Of a stretch of DNA of 64,000 nucleotides, positions 37,899 through 48,046 are shown piece after piece; the first letter of the stretch is position 1; each line of letters starts with the position of its first letter. Below the pieces are notes generated by a model. It was not told the origin of the DNA, made no database searches, and saw only the letters and a program-made list of their open reading frames with translations. The stretch is taken from NCBI GenBank assembly GCA_035652395.1, contig DASRDX010000012.1:96778-160777 (forward strand), given 5' to 3'. This stretch comes from Minisyncoccota bacterium (GTDB lineage: Bacteria; Patescibacteriota; Minisyncoccia; Phycocordibacterales; CAJBRS01). The translations under genes were made by a program, and so were the position numbers.

Positions 37899-39824
37899 TT
37901 AATCGTAATGAATAGTTTTTTCGCTCAAATTCTCTTCCGGCTCCAATAGTTCCTCGTCAAGATCAATAATAAATTCAGACGGAATGCTAATTCGTTTGGA
38001 CCCGTAGATGGTGCGCACCGAGGCATAAGATAAATACAATTTTTCTTTTGCTCTGGTCAGAGCCACGTAAAAAAGTCGTCGCTCCTCTTCCTGATTTTCC
38101 TCGCTTAACTCCTCTTCAGATAACCGAAGATGCGGAAAAAGCTCGCTTTCGAGCCCCGAAATGAAGACATAAGAAAACTCCAGACCTTTTGAGGCATGAA
38201 CGGTCATTAATTTTACTGATCGTCCCCTTTCTTCCATCTCATCTTGATCAGTGGCTAAGGCTGCGTCGGCTAAAAGCTCTTCAATTCCCTCCTGTGGTGC
38301 CAGAGCATCATATCGGGTCGCCAAGGTTACTAATTCTTTCATGTTTTCCAAGCGCTCCTCGTCTTCTTCTTTGCCTTTTTTATACATTTCTTCCATACCG
38401 CTTTCTTTAATGATGTATTTAATAGTATTCGAAGGTTTTTCTTTCAGAGCTTGAATTTGAATTCTCGACAAAAGATTTCGAAATTCCGCAATTTTCTTTT
38501 TTATTGCTGGCGAAAGAGCCTCCTCTCTGTTAGAAGCAATGGCTAAAAGAGTAACTTTGCCCAAGCCACGAGCTGGTACGTTAATAATTCTTTTAATATC
38601 GGAGAGACTGTCAGGATTAAGAGCCGCTCGCAAATATGAAAGAACATCTTTCACCTCCTTTCGTTCAAAGAAGCGTACCCCTAAAATTTGATAAGGAATT
38701 TCCCGCATTAAAAACATTTCTTCAAGTACGCGAGACTGGAAATTGGCGCGATAGAGAACGGCAATTTCTTCCGGCGCCACCCCACCCTCAATTAATTCGG
38801 CTGATTTTCGAGAAATGAAATCGGCCTCATCAATTTCATCATATGCGCTATAAAGCCCAATCTTAGCGCCACCCTTTTTTCGAGTAAAAAGATTTTTCTC
38901 CTTGCGATGAACATTTTTCTGAATGATTTTATTGGCGGCTTGAAGAATGATTTCGCTAGAACGGTAATTTTCTTCCAGCAGAATAATCTTGGCTTCCGGA
39001 TAATCCTTTTCAAAATTTAAAATATTCCGAATATCGGCCCCCCGCCAGCTGTAAATGTTCTGATCAATATCTCCAACTACGCAAATATTTTTTTCTTTCT
39101 CGGCCAGAAGTTTGGCAATCATATACTGCACTCTATTAGTGTCCTGATACTCATCAATGTGAATGTATCGCCAGATTTTCTGGTATTTTTCCAGAATTTC
39201 TCGATTATTTTTTAAAAGATCAACCGTTTTCAATAGCAAGTCATCAAAATCCAAAGCTCTTTCTCGTTTTAGAATTTTCTCATACTCCTGCCAAACTGAT
39301 GCCGCTATTCGGCCAAAATATTCACGGCCCACGGACTCAGCGTATTCAGTCTGATTAATGTTATTACCTTTTTCTCGGGAAATTACGTGCAAAATTTTAG
39401 CCGGCTCAAATTTTTTCGGATCCAGATTAAGAATCTCAAGAGATTCTTTGACCGCGCGCTTGGAGTCCGCGCGGTCAAAAATCGAAAAGTGTCTCGGCAA
39501 ATCAAGTAGCCGCGAATTTTCTTTTATGATGTGCACTCCTAAGGCGTGGAAAGTGGAAACAAAAGGTCGTTCAAAAAAAGAAATGGGACGATTAAGTTCC
39601 TCGTCGCTCTTAAGAAGATCAAATACTCTTTCGCGCATCTCCTTGGCTGCTTTGTTGGTGAAAGTAATGGCCAAAATAGAATGCGGCGAAACACCCTCCT
39701 TAATTAAATGAAGAATCCGATGGGTAATAGTCTTAGTCTTTCCGGCACCCGCACCGGCCAAAATTAAAAGCGGACCAGAAGTGGTTAAGACCGCTTCTTT
39801 TTGCCGTTCATTTAAATTTTCCAT
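37899..39824 (-). CDS. pcrA: UvrD/PcrA DNA helicase
   Basis: AGAGAGKT, DEYQDTN, VGD.DQ.IY.WRGA, TVHASKGLEF, YVALTRA. Confidence 0.95.
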   Translation of the reverse strand: MENLNERQKEAVLTTSGPLLILAGAGAGKTKTITHRILHLIKEGVSPHSILAITFTNKAAKEMRERVFDLLKSDEELNRPISFFERPFVSTFHALGVHIIKENSRLLDLPRHFSIFDRADSKRAVKESLEILNLDPKKFEPAKILHVISREKGNNINQTEYAESVGREYFGRIAASVWQEYEKILKRERALDFDDLLLKTVDLLKNNREILEKYQKIWRYIHIDEYQDTNRVQYMIAKLLAEKEKNICVVGDIDQNIYSWRGADIRNILNFEKDYPEAKIILLEENYRSSEIILQAANKIIQKNVHRKEKNLFTRKKGGAKIGLYSAYDEIDEADFISRKSAELIEGGVAPEEIAVLYRANFQSRVLEEMFLMREIPYQILGVRFFERKEVKDVLSYLRAALNPDSLSDIKRIINVPARGLGKVTLLAIASNREEALSPAIKKKIAEFRNLLSRIQIQALKEKPSNTIKYIIKESGMEEMYKKGKEEDEERLENMKELVTLATRYDALAPQEGIEELLADAALATDQDEMEERGRSVKLMTVHASKGLEFSYVFISGLESELFPHLRLSEEELSEENQEEERRLFYVALTRAKEKLYLSYASVRTIYGSKRISIPSEFIIDLDEELLEPEENLSEKTIHYD

Positions 39825-39846
39825 CAGGAAAACTATAACACACTGG

Positions 39847-40425
39847 CTAAGCAGCCTTCTTCTTAAAAGATTCCTCTTCCGCTTTCCTTTCTAGAACAGC
39901 CAAACTAAGCTTGGCTATTCTATCCAAATTCTTTTCAATTTGTTTTTGATTGCCAAGTTCTTGGAGGTTTGTATTTTCAGCTTTTAATTTTTCAATTACT
40001 ACCGGCGCTTCCTTTAGAAACCAATCTAAATCGTTCCTGAATGAGGGAGCTTTCGAGAATTTTACAATTTTCTTTGACTCGTTTGGTTCGAAGAATTCAG
40101 GCTTAAAAGCATTCGGAAAATTTTTATCAAGATAATCAATTAATTTATCAACCCTGCTCTGCAGATTATCTGATTGATAAATATCTCGCCTCTCTTCATT
40201 TTCTTTAAATTTCTCTACCTTTTTCCCATGCGGACGTTCTTTTTGTCGATGACTTTCTCTCGAGGCGGCGCCTGGACTCTCAGTAGATTTAGGGCCATCA
40301 TTTTTCAGATATTTTTCCACGTTTTCTGCCTGTCTAAGTTGATTTTTCTCGGCATTTTTAATAAAGGCATTTTGAAGGTCAGCCAACCCCTCCGGTTCAG
40401 GCTTATTTTCAGGCATTTTTTCCAT
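39847..40425 (-). CDS. hypothetical charged protein
   Basis: 192-aa ORF with TATAAT 8 nt upstream of the ATG. Confidence 0.6.
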   Translation of the reverse strand: MEKMPENKPEPEGLADLQNAFIKNAEKNQLRQAENVEKYLKNDGPKSTESPGAASRESHRQKERPHGKKVEKFKENEERRDIYQSDNLQSRVDKLIDYLDKNFPNAFKPEFFEPNESKKIVKFSKAPSFRNDLDWFLKEAPVVIEKLKAENTNLQELGNQKQIEKNLDRIAKLSLAVLERKAEEESFKKKAA

Positions 40426-40704
40426 GATTTAAAATTATACCTAATTTTTTGATTAGGCGCAAGGGTGAAATGGCTCAAAATAAGGCTAGATTTGTCCACA
40501 CCCTACCGGCCAAAGCATTGACAGGCTTGGCCCATAAAATATCATTATGTCTATCACTGATATCATGCCAATTGGGTGAGAGGGATCCCCCGATAGAAAG
40601 GCAGCAAATTCTGATTTATCATTAATTTTAGGCTTATTTTATCCAACCGTCGGTCTACTGTTTCTTATACTAAACGTCTTTTAACTGGCCTCTTCTACGG
40701 AAGA

Positions 40705-41736
40705 GTGATCTTTGCTTTGATTGTTATTTCCCTCCCCGCCAATAGTCAGGCCAGTGTTTTCTTCTTTGTTAACGGCCTATTCTCAAGCGCTAGAGCCGCC
40801 GATGTCACCCCGGCAACCGCTCTTAACTCCCAGAAAATAGCTCTATTGGAGCCCGTTTTGAATATTGACCCAAATCCCACCAAAGCTAGCTCAACCTTAG
40901 CTGTTGAAAATAACGCCCTGGTTACGGAAGCCGGTCCGGTAGGCGGCGGAGCCCAAGCTTTTAATGATTCTGCCTCTTCGGACCAGATTAGCCTCTATAC
41001 TGTTCGTGACGGAGATACCTTGCCCGGTATCGCCAAAATGTTTGGAGTATCAGTCAACACTATTTTGTGGGCTAACGATTTGAAGAAGGGTGCCACCATT
41101 CATAAAGATCAAGTTTTAACCATCCTGCCAGTCTCCGGAGTGAAATATACAGTTAAGAAGGGAGACACCTTAGGAAGTATTGCCAAACAATTCAAGGGAG
41201 ATGTAAATGAAATTGCCGTCTTTAACAACCTTGAAGATGGGCAGAGCCTTTCTCCGGGAGACGAACTGATTATTCCTAACGGCGAAGCCAATTCTGTAAC
41301 ACCTACAGTTTCTACTTCTAAAGCAAAGACAACCGGTTTGATAGGTTCAGCTGGAACGTCCGTTAATTTCAATGGCGGGCCGGTTGACTCCGGGGCCTTG
41401 CGACGCCCAATTGATGGTGGAGTTAGAACACAAGGTATTCACGGTCATAATGCCGTTGATCTAGGCTCTCCGGTTGGAACCCCGATTCATGCAGCTGCCG
41501 GTGGAGTAGTATTGATCAGTAAGAATAATGGTGGCTGGAACGGCGGATATGGAAATTACGTGGTAATCTCTCACCCAAATGGTGTACAGACGCTGTATGC
41601 TCACATGAAATCCACCACCGTTTCAGTTGGTGAGCACGTCGCTCAAGGAGAAACTATTGGTTACATTGGCATGACTGGCGACACCTCGGGCCCTCACGTT
41701 CACTTTGAAGTTCGAGGAGGAGTAAATCCTTTTTAA
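40705..41736 (+). CDS. 2xLysM + M23 peptidase
   Basis: YTVRDGDTL and YTVKKGDTL LysM domains; HNAVD, YAHM, GPHVHFEV; start uncertain. Confidence 0.92.
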   Translation: MIFALIVISLPANSQASVFFFVNGLFSSARAADVTPATALNSQKIALLEPVLNIDPNPTKASSTLAVENNALVTEAGPVGGGAQAFNDSASSDQISLYTVRDGDTLPGIAKMFGVSVNTILWANDLKKGATIHKDQVLTILPVSGVKYTVKKGDTLGSIAKQFKGDVNEIAVFNNLEDGQSLSPGDELIIPNGEANSVTPTVSTSKAKTTGLIGSAGTSVNFNGGPVDSGALRRPIDGGVRTQGIHGHNAVDLGSPVGTPIHAAAGGVVLISKNNGGWNGGYGNYVVISHPNGVQTLYAHMKSTTVSVGEHVAQGETIGYIGMTGDTSGPHVHFEVRGGVNPF

Positions 41737-41760
41737 GAAGTTTTAGATAAGAGCAAGATT

Positions 41761-41791
41761 AAGAGGCCAAGCGCAACGCGCTTGGCCTCTT
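41761..41791. terminator. bidirectional terminator
   Basis: AAGAGGCCAAGCGC-AAC-GCGCTTGGCCTCTT between convergent genes. Confidence 0.75.
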
Positions 41792-43353
41792 TAAATTTCC
41801 ACCTTTTTAGGTCGGTATTGCAAAGCCTCGAGCATATGATTAACTTCCACCTCTTCTTTCTCTTCCAGATCGGCAATGGTGCGAGCCACTTTAATCAAAC
41901 GATGATAGGCTCGAGCCGAAATATTAAGTTTGTAAGCGGCCTGATCTAAAATTTCCCGCACTTTCTTCTGAAGCGGTACTAAGGTCAGAAGATCTTTCGG
42001 CCGAATCTCGTTGTTAGTTAGAATGTTCAAGCCTGATTTAGCTAGCCTCTCCTTACTTCTAGCTCGCGCCTTGAGAACCCTCTCTTTAAAATCATCTGTC
42101 GTTTCCCCACTTCTTTCACTTCCGAGCTTTTTGTAATCAATTTCACTCACTTCAAGCCAGAGATCAATTCGATCTAAAATTGGTCCGGAGAGCTTGCGCT
42201 CGTAATTTAGCAAGTTTTGGCTGCGACAGAGACATTCTTTATTTTTACTTCCTCGATTACCGCAGGGACAAGGATTCATAGCTGCCATTAAAATAAAATT
42301 GGCCGGAAAAATAGCCGAACTTTTAGTTCGGGCTACGCTAACCACCTTTTCTTCAAGCGGCTCTCTCAAAGCATCAATCACTCGTCGGTCAAATTCCGGA
42401 AATTCGTCCATAAAAAGCACTCCGCGGTGTGCCAGAGTTACTTCGCCGGGTTTGGGAATAGTGCCTCCACCAATCAAGGCCGGATAAGAAGAGGTGTGAT
42501 GTGGCGATCGAAACGGCGGATATAAAATCAAAGGCGTGTTTCCGAGATTGCCGGAAACGGAATGAATGGAAGTTACCTCGAGCATTTCCGAAAAGGAAAG
42601 AGGCGGGAGAAGATGACAGAAAGCCTTAGCCAGCATCGTTTTGCCCGTGCCAGGCGGACCAAACATTAAGACATTGTGAGCCCCGGCGGCGGCGATTTCT
42701 AATCCTCTTTTGGCTTTTTCCTGACCTCGAATGTCGCCAAAATCAATTTCATATTCCGTCATTTCATAGAGAATGGGAGTGGAAGGCGCGGGCGAAAGTT
42801 TTGGTGGAGAAGAAGCGGCCGGCTCCGCCGGCCGCTTCTCATTCAAATGCTCCACCGCCTCTTTAAGAGTGGCTACTCCAAAAACATCTATGTCGGTAAT
42901 AATGGCCGCTTCTCGCACATTCTCCATCGGCACATAAACTTCTTTAAAGTGGTGCTGCTTTGCCTCGATTACCAAAGGCAAAACACCTTTAATAGCTCTT
43001 AGCTTTCCATTGAGCGACAATTCGCCTAAAAATAACTTCTCTCTCGGATCAAATTTAATATCGTCAGCCGCCAATAAATATCCCAGTGCCATAGCTAAAT
43101 CAAAATTCGGTCCCTCCTTTTTTAAATCGGCTGGAGCCAGCGAAATTACCACTTTCTGATTTTTATGTTTTGGTGAAGTAAAGCCACTGTTCTTAATGGC
43201 CGCTCCGATGCGATCTTTTGATTCCTCGACCGCTTTATCCGGCAAGCCCACTACTGAAAACTGGTAAAGTCCTTTAGCTAAATCAACCTCAATATCAATA
43301 ACGCGCGCTTGGAGCAGATGACTTTGAGCGCTATGAACTTTGGAAAAACTCAT
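41791..43353 (-). CDS. comM: ComM/YifB Mg-chelatase-like AAA+ ATPase
   Basis: VGLPDKAV.ES, LAPADLKKEG, GPPGTGKTM, FRSPHH, AMNPCPCG. Confidence 0.93.
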   Translation of the reverse strand: MSFSKVHSAQSHLLQARVIDIEVDLAKGLYQFSVVGLPDKAVEESKDRIGAAIKNSGFTSPKHKNQKVVISLAPADLKKEGPNFDLAMALGYLLAADDIKFDPREKLFLGELSLNGKLRAIKGVLPLVIEAKQHHFKEVYVPMENVREAAIITDIDVFGVATLKEAVEHLNEKRPAEPAASSPPKLSPAPSTPILYEMTEYEIDFGDIRGQEKAKRGLEIAAAGAHNVLMFGPPGTGKTMLAKAFCHLLPPLSFSEMLEVTSIHSVSGNLGNTPLILYPPFRSPHHTSSYPALIGGGTIPKPGEVTLAHRGVLFMDEFPEFDRRVIDALREPLEEKVVSVARTKSSAIFPANFILMAAMNPCPCGNRGSKNKECLCRSQNLLNYERKLSGPILDRIDLWLEVSEIDYKKLGSERSGETTDDFKERVLKARARSKERLAKSGLNILTNNEIRPKDLLTLVPLQKKVREILDQAAYKLNISARAYHRLIKVARTIADLEEKEEVEVNHMLEALQYRPKKVEI

Positions 43354-43406
43354 GCCGCCCATTTTAGAATGGGCGGCATGAACATCCCTTAAAAAAATTA
43401 TAAAAA

Positions 43407-43772
43407 CTAACTTAACTTAACGTTCAAGTGAGCTTTGCAGGTTCTGGCCGCTGGATTGGCTTTCAATCTGTCTGCTTCAATCTCCGCCTGACAGACTTCG
43501 CATTTTCCATAAGTACCCTTTTCGATCTTATCCAAAGCTAAATTTATATCGTTTAATTGAGGCTCCAACTCTCGAAGAATGGCCGCATCTCCCTCAATAT
43601 TGCCAATTTTATCAGCCACTTCGTTTCGATCAGAAGTCAAAATATCCAGATTTTCAGCAGCTGGCTGCCAGTCGTTTGGATTATCAGGATCCTGCCGACT
43701 CAGGCCTTTTAATTCGGATAACAAAGTTTGCTTTTCCGATTCCAATTTACTTTTGAAAAAATTTATATCCAT
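43407..43772 (-). CDS. TraR/DksA-family Zn-finger protein
   Basis: ALDKIEKGTYGKCEVC...I...RL.A.P.A..C. Confidence 0.88.
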   Translation of the reverse strand: MDINFFKSKLESEKQTLLSELKGLSRQDPDNPNDWQPAAENLDILTSDRNEVADKIGNIEGDAAILRELEPQLNDINLALDKIEKGTYGKCEVCQAEIEADRLKANPAARTCKAHLNVKLS

Positions 43773-43803
43773 ACCTGAAGTATACCAAGAATTAAATTCC
43801 TGC

Positions 43804-44814
43804 CTATTGAAGCTGTTTATTTTGTAAATAACGGCTCAAAATCTCATCAAAAGCGTTATGACTCTGGACTAAAACAATCGTATTGGGATCGAGGAAAGAA
43901 TAAATAAGCAGAATATTACCATTCTCGTCTAAAAGAGTTCGCGTGTCGCGATTGTCAAAGACCTCGTCCTTAAATGGAGTGGGCACAAAATTTGGATTTC
44001 CGTTTCCTGTCGGTAAACCAAAGAGGGCAGCCAGATCAGCTTGCATATTACTCTCCCATTGCAACATTCCGGAAAAAGCATTTTGATAGGAGTCAGTTTT
44101 TAAGATTAAAAACGGTTCCGGCCCGTTAGAATTTTGATAAAACCCCACAAGATAGCCGGACAGAGAACGATACAATGAACCCGGCAGACGTGCCTGCAGC
44201 AGATTCATGAAATCCTGAGTCGATAAAACTTTCCGCCCCACTTGATCAACCGAAGTAGCGTTGCCTAAATTACCTCTGACGGTGACAACGACACTTTCCA
44301 CGGAGCCGCTATCAAGACTAAGTGGTTTAATAGCTTGAAACTGACTGAGAAAAGATTGCAGAGTGACGCTATCCAATTTTATTTCAACCTGTTTATCCGG
44401 ATGAATAATTTCGTGAGGCAGGTTTACGGTTAGAACCCCGGTGTTTTTGGTTTTGCTAATCAAAAAATAGCCGACGATTAAAAAACCGGCCACAACTAAA
44501 ACCACGCTGGCAGCAATGATCACCACGCGTTTTTTAGATTCCTTGCCAACTGCTTCCGCGGTCAGACCCTGTTTTTCTTGACGGCGTTTTTCAGCCACAG
44601 CCATCTTGATAACGGAGACATTGTCGCGTTGAATTGCCTCCGCCACATCGCTTTGATAGGTCTTTATAGCCTTAATTGAACCTTCCTGTTTTTCTTTTTT
44701 GGCTTCAGCTAAAGCCTCCGACAGTTTTTCCGCCGGACTTTTATCGGTTAGAGGTTTAGACGGCTCCGAATTATTGGGAGGGGGATTATTTGGAATAATA
44801 GGATTGACTTCCAT
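43804..44814 (-). CDS. hypothetical single-pass membrane protein
   Basis: KTYQSDVAEAI motif, one TM, AFSGMLQWE domain. Confidence 0.65.
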   Translation of the reverse strand: MEVNPIIPNNPPPNNSEPSKPLTDKSPAEKLSEALAEAKKEKQEGSIKAIKTYQSDVAEAIQRDNVSVIKMAVAEKRRQEKQGLTAEAVGKESKKRVVIIAASVVLVVAGFLIVGYFLISKTKNTGVLTVNLPHEIIHPDKQVEIKLDSVTLQSFLSQFQAIKPLSLDSGSVESVVVTVRGNLGNATSVDQVGRKVLSTQDFMNLLQARLPGSLYRSLSGYLVGFYQNSNGPEPFLILKTDSYQNAFSGMLQWESNMQADLAALFGLPTGNGNPNFVPTPFKDEVFDNRDTRTLLDENGNILLIYSFLDPNTIVLVQSHNAFDEILSRYLQNKQLQ

Positions 44815-44840
44815 CCCTTAATTTTACCTTAAATCAAGAA

Positions 44841-46949
44841 TTAAGAGGACGAAGCCGGATTTTTAATGAAATCTGGATCAGCTCGTTTAATGGAGAGATT
44901 AATTCGGCCCCTTTCATCAACTTCTTTTACAACAATGGGTACTTTTTGGCCTTCCTTTAAAACTTTAGAGACGTTTTCAACTCGAAATGGAGCAATCTCC
45001 GAGATGTGAACCAGCCCTTCGGTAGAGCTACCGATTTTCACGAAGGCTCCGAAATCCATAATCTTAATAACGGTCCCTTCAAACCTCTCTCCCGCTTTAT
45101 ATTCATGAGTCATCTCCTCAATAATACTTTTGGCTTTTTCCGCTGAACCTTCCTTGCCCGTAAGATAAACCGTTCCATCATCTTCAATATCGATTTCAGC
45201 TCCGGTTTTTTCCTTAATATCTTTAATTGTTTTTCCACCCCCTCCAATTACCAAACCGATTTGATCCGGTTTTATTCGAATGGAAATAATTTTTGGCGCT
45301 TTTGAAGAAATATCAAGTCGCGGCGCCGGAATTTCTTTTTCAATCTGATCAAGGATTTGGAGCCGTGCTTTTTCAGCTTTTTCAAAAGCTTTTTCTAAAA
45401 TATCGAGCGGAATGCCGTCAACTTTTACATCCATTTGAACAGCCGTTACTCCTTCACGAGTCCCAGCCACTTTAAAATCCATATCACCATGATGATCTTC
45501 GGGGCCTTGGATGTCAGTCAACAGGACATAATTTTTTTCATCCTTCATCATTAAACCTGAAGCAATACCGGCTACCGGCGCTTTAATTGGTACGCCCCCA
45601 TCCATGAGAGCCAGGGTAGAAGCGCAAACCGAACCCATGGAAGTGGAGCCGTTTGAAGCCATAGATTCTGAAACAAGGCGAATAGTGTAAGGAAATTTTT
45701 CTTTATCCGGAATGACGGCTGTCAGGGCCTTTTCCGCCAGATTACCATGACCGATCATTCGGCGATTGAGACCGCCCATGCGGCCTGTTTCTCCCGTAGA
45801 AAACGGAGGAAAGTTGTAATGATGGAGAAAGCGCTTTTCAGTCTGAAGCTCCATGCCGTCAATAGTTTGAGAATCTCCCGGGCCTCCTAAAGTTAAGGCT
45901 GAGAGCACGTGAGTGCCACCTCGGTAGAAAATGCCGGAGCCGTGAAGCATGGGAGAAAGGCCGCCGGCCTGGACGTAAAGCGGCCGGATTTCGTCGAGGC
46001 CGCGGCCATCAGGCCGGCGGCTTTTTTCAACCGCTTCACGATGGATAAGATCGTTAACCTTTTCCTCAAAATATTCATCGGCCAGCGAGACTTTTCCTTC
46101 CGGAAAAGTCTCATTATACAAAAGAAGCCACTCGTCTTTCAAAGCATTTGCTTCTTTCTTGCCGGGTCCGGAAAAAACGGCCGCCTCTAATCTCGGCTCT
46201 ATCTTTTCGGCAAAGAGATCAGCAGCTTTTTCTTCAAATACTGGAAATTCTACAATTAATTTTTTCTTGCCGCGTTCAGTGATAATTTTTTTCTGGAAAT
46301 TCTGAATTTTTTCAATTTCCGCTGAAGCCAGACGCAAGGCCTCCATAACAATTTGATTGGGCACTTCTTTGGAACCCACCTCAATCATGTTGATGTTGCC
46401 GTCTTTGCCACAGGCCACTAAATCCAGATCAGCTCCTTCTCGGTCAGTGTAAATAGGATTAATTATCAGATTAGCCTCCCCTTTTCTGCGACCAATTCGA
46501 ACGGCACTGGCCGGCCCATTCCAAGGAATATCTGATACACCTAAAGCTAAGGAAGCCGCCAGAACGGCTAAAACATCCGGATCATCCTCATCAATGGAAA
46601 GCACCATTAGCACTACCTGCACATCGTGACGCATTCGGTGATCGAAAAGTGGGCGAATAGTTCTGTCCACCGCGCGGCCCGAGAGAATAGCTTCATCCGA
46701 TGGGCGGCCTTCGCGTCTGGTGAATTGACCACCAAGAATTCGTCCGGCCGCATAAAATTTTTCCTCGTAGTCAACTGTTAGAGGAAAGAAATCACCATCT
46801 TTTGGTTTCTTCGACATGACGGCCGAAGCAAAGACTACCGTATTGCCGTACCGGATAATAACTGAACCATTAGTCTGGTCGGCTAGATCATTAAATTCAG
46901 CTGTAAGAGTTTTGCCGCCAAACTCCACTGAATATTCTTTTTTTTGCAT
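44841..46949 (-). CDS. pnp: polyribonucleotide nucleotidyltransferase
   Basis: FFPLTVDYEE, RREGRPS, SNGSTSMGS, GDMDFKVAG, KH and S1 domains. Confidence 0.98.
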   Translation of the reverse strand: MQKKEYSVEFGGKTLTAEFNDLADQTNGSVIIRYGNTVVFASAVMSKKPKDGDFFPLTVDYEEKFYAAGRILGGQFTRREGRPSDEAILSGRAVDRTIRPLFDHRMRHDVQVVLMVLSIDEDDPDVLAVLAASLALGVSDIPWNGPASAVRIGRRKGEANLIINPIYTDREGADLDLVACGKDGNINMIEVGSKEVPNQIVMEALRLASAEIEKIQNFQKKIITERGKKKLIVEFPVFEEKAADLFAEKIEPRLEAAVFSGPGKKEANALKDEWLLLYNETFPEGKVSLADEYFEEKVNDLIHREAVEKSRRPDGRGLDEIRPLYVQAGGLSPMLHGSGIFYRGGTHVLSALTLGGPGDSQTIDGMELQTEKRFLHHYNFPPFSTGETGRMGGLNRRMIGHGNLAEKALTAVIPDKEKFPYTIRLVSESMASNGSTSMGSVCASTLALMDGGVPIKAPVAGIASGLMMKDEKNYVLLTDIQGPEDHHGDMDFKVAGTREGVTAVQMDVKVDGIPLDILEKAFEKAEKARLQILDQIEKEIPAPRLDISSKAPKIISIRIKPDQIGLVIGGGGKTIKDIKEKTGAEIDIEDDGTVYLTGKEGSAEKAKSIIEEMTHEYKAGERFEGTVIKIMDFGAFVKIGSSTEGLVHISEIAPFRVENVSKVLKEGQKVPIVVKEVDERGRINLSIKRADPDFIKNPASSS

Positions 46950-46958
46950 GACGCTCTG

Positions 46959-47027
46959 TAGCGTCCAAATTCTAAATTTGAAGAATAATTCCTAGAACCT
47001 TCTTCAAACCTACTTATTTGAACGCTA
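46959..47027 (-). promoter_or_regulatory. long hairpin in the pnp 5' leader
   Basis: UAGCGUUCAAAU...AUUUGGACGCUA outer stem with UUUGAAGAA/UUCUUCAAA inner stem; G-U pair fits the minus strand. Confidence 0.6.
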
Positions 47028-47109
47028 AACTTACTATTAATAAAATAAAGATAACACAGCTATAGGAATTTAAAAAGGGCCGGCCTGCGGCCGGCCCTTC
47101 GTATTAAAA

Positions 47110-47649
47110 CTATTGCGCTTGCCGCGGACCACTCCTTCTTCCCGCCCCGCCCATCAAGTATTTTCGCGGACTACTATCCAAATCTAAAAAATCATCTACC
47201 ACCTCTTTCAATTTTCCGGAAGCGGATTTACCGAAGGAAACTCCTTCCACCTGGCAGCCATTCATCTGTAGATACTCAACTAAAGGTATGAAATCTCCAT
47301 CTCCAGAGACAATCACTACTGCATCCAATTTAGGGGCTAATTTGATGGCATCTACCGCCAGACCAACATCCCAGTCAGCCTTCTTGGAACCGCTGGAGAA
47401 AATCTGGAGATTTTTAGTTTTAGTCTCAATCCCCATTTTTACCAAGGCCTCAAAGAAGTTTTTTTCATCTCCGGCTTCAGTGGTAATAACATAAGCCACC
47501 GCCCGCACCAGAATTCTTCCGGCCAAAGCGTCCTTTAATATAGCCCCAAAATTCACTCTCGCCCGGTAGAGATTTTTGGCGCTGTGATAGAGATTTTGTG
47601 CATCAATAAAGATGCCAACCCGCTGCTCTTTATGTTTTATAACGGCCAT
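47110..47649 (-). CDS. NYN (LabA/DUF88) domain protein
   Basis: IFIDAQNLY, KADWDVGLAVD, SGDGDFIPL. Confidence 0.92.
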   Translation of the reverse strand: MAVIKHKEQRVGIFIDAQNLYHSAKNLYRARVNFGAILKDALAGRILVRAVAYVITTEAGDEKNFFEALVKMGIETKTKNLQIFSSGSKKADWDVGLAVDAIKLAPKLDAVVIVSGDGDFIPLVEYLQMNGCQVEGVSFGKSASGKLKEVVDDFLDLDSSPRKYLMGGAGRRSGPRQAQ

Positions 47650-47676
47650 CGCTCCAGATTAACTAGTTTTTCCAGT

Positions 47677-47943
47677 CTACTTTTTCAGATCAAGTTTCTT
47701 CAAAACGCTTTGATATCGTTTTGGATCTTTCTTTTGAAGATATCGAAGATGACTTTGGCGGTCGGCCACTAACTGAAGCAAACCACGTCGAGAATGATTG
47801 TCTTTGAGATTTTTCTTCAAATGTTTAGCCAACTCATCAATACGCCTACTTAAAATAGAAATTTGCACTTCCGGCGAACCAGTATCGGTATCGTGAACCC
47901 GACTTTCTTTGATCACGCGCTGTTTTTTAGTTTTCGTTAACAT
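47677..47943 (-). CDS. rpsO: 30S ribosomal protein S15
   Basis: DTGSPEVQI, KDNHSRRGLL. Confidence 0.98.
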   Translation of the reverse strand: MLTKTKKQRVIKESRVHDTDTGSPEVQISILSRRIDELAKHLKKNLKDNHSRRGLLQLVADRQSHLRYLQKKDPKRYQSVLKKLDLKK

Positions 47944-48046
47944 GGAACAATATTAACATAAAACTGGAAATTTTACAAGTTGGCTCAACAGAGCGGTTTT
48001 AGGGCGGCGGTCTTCGACCGCCGCCCATGCTATAATATTTTGCGAC

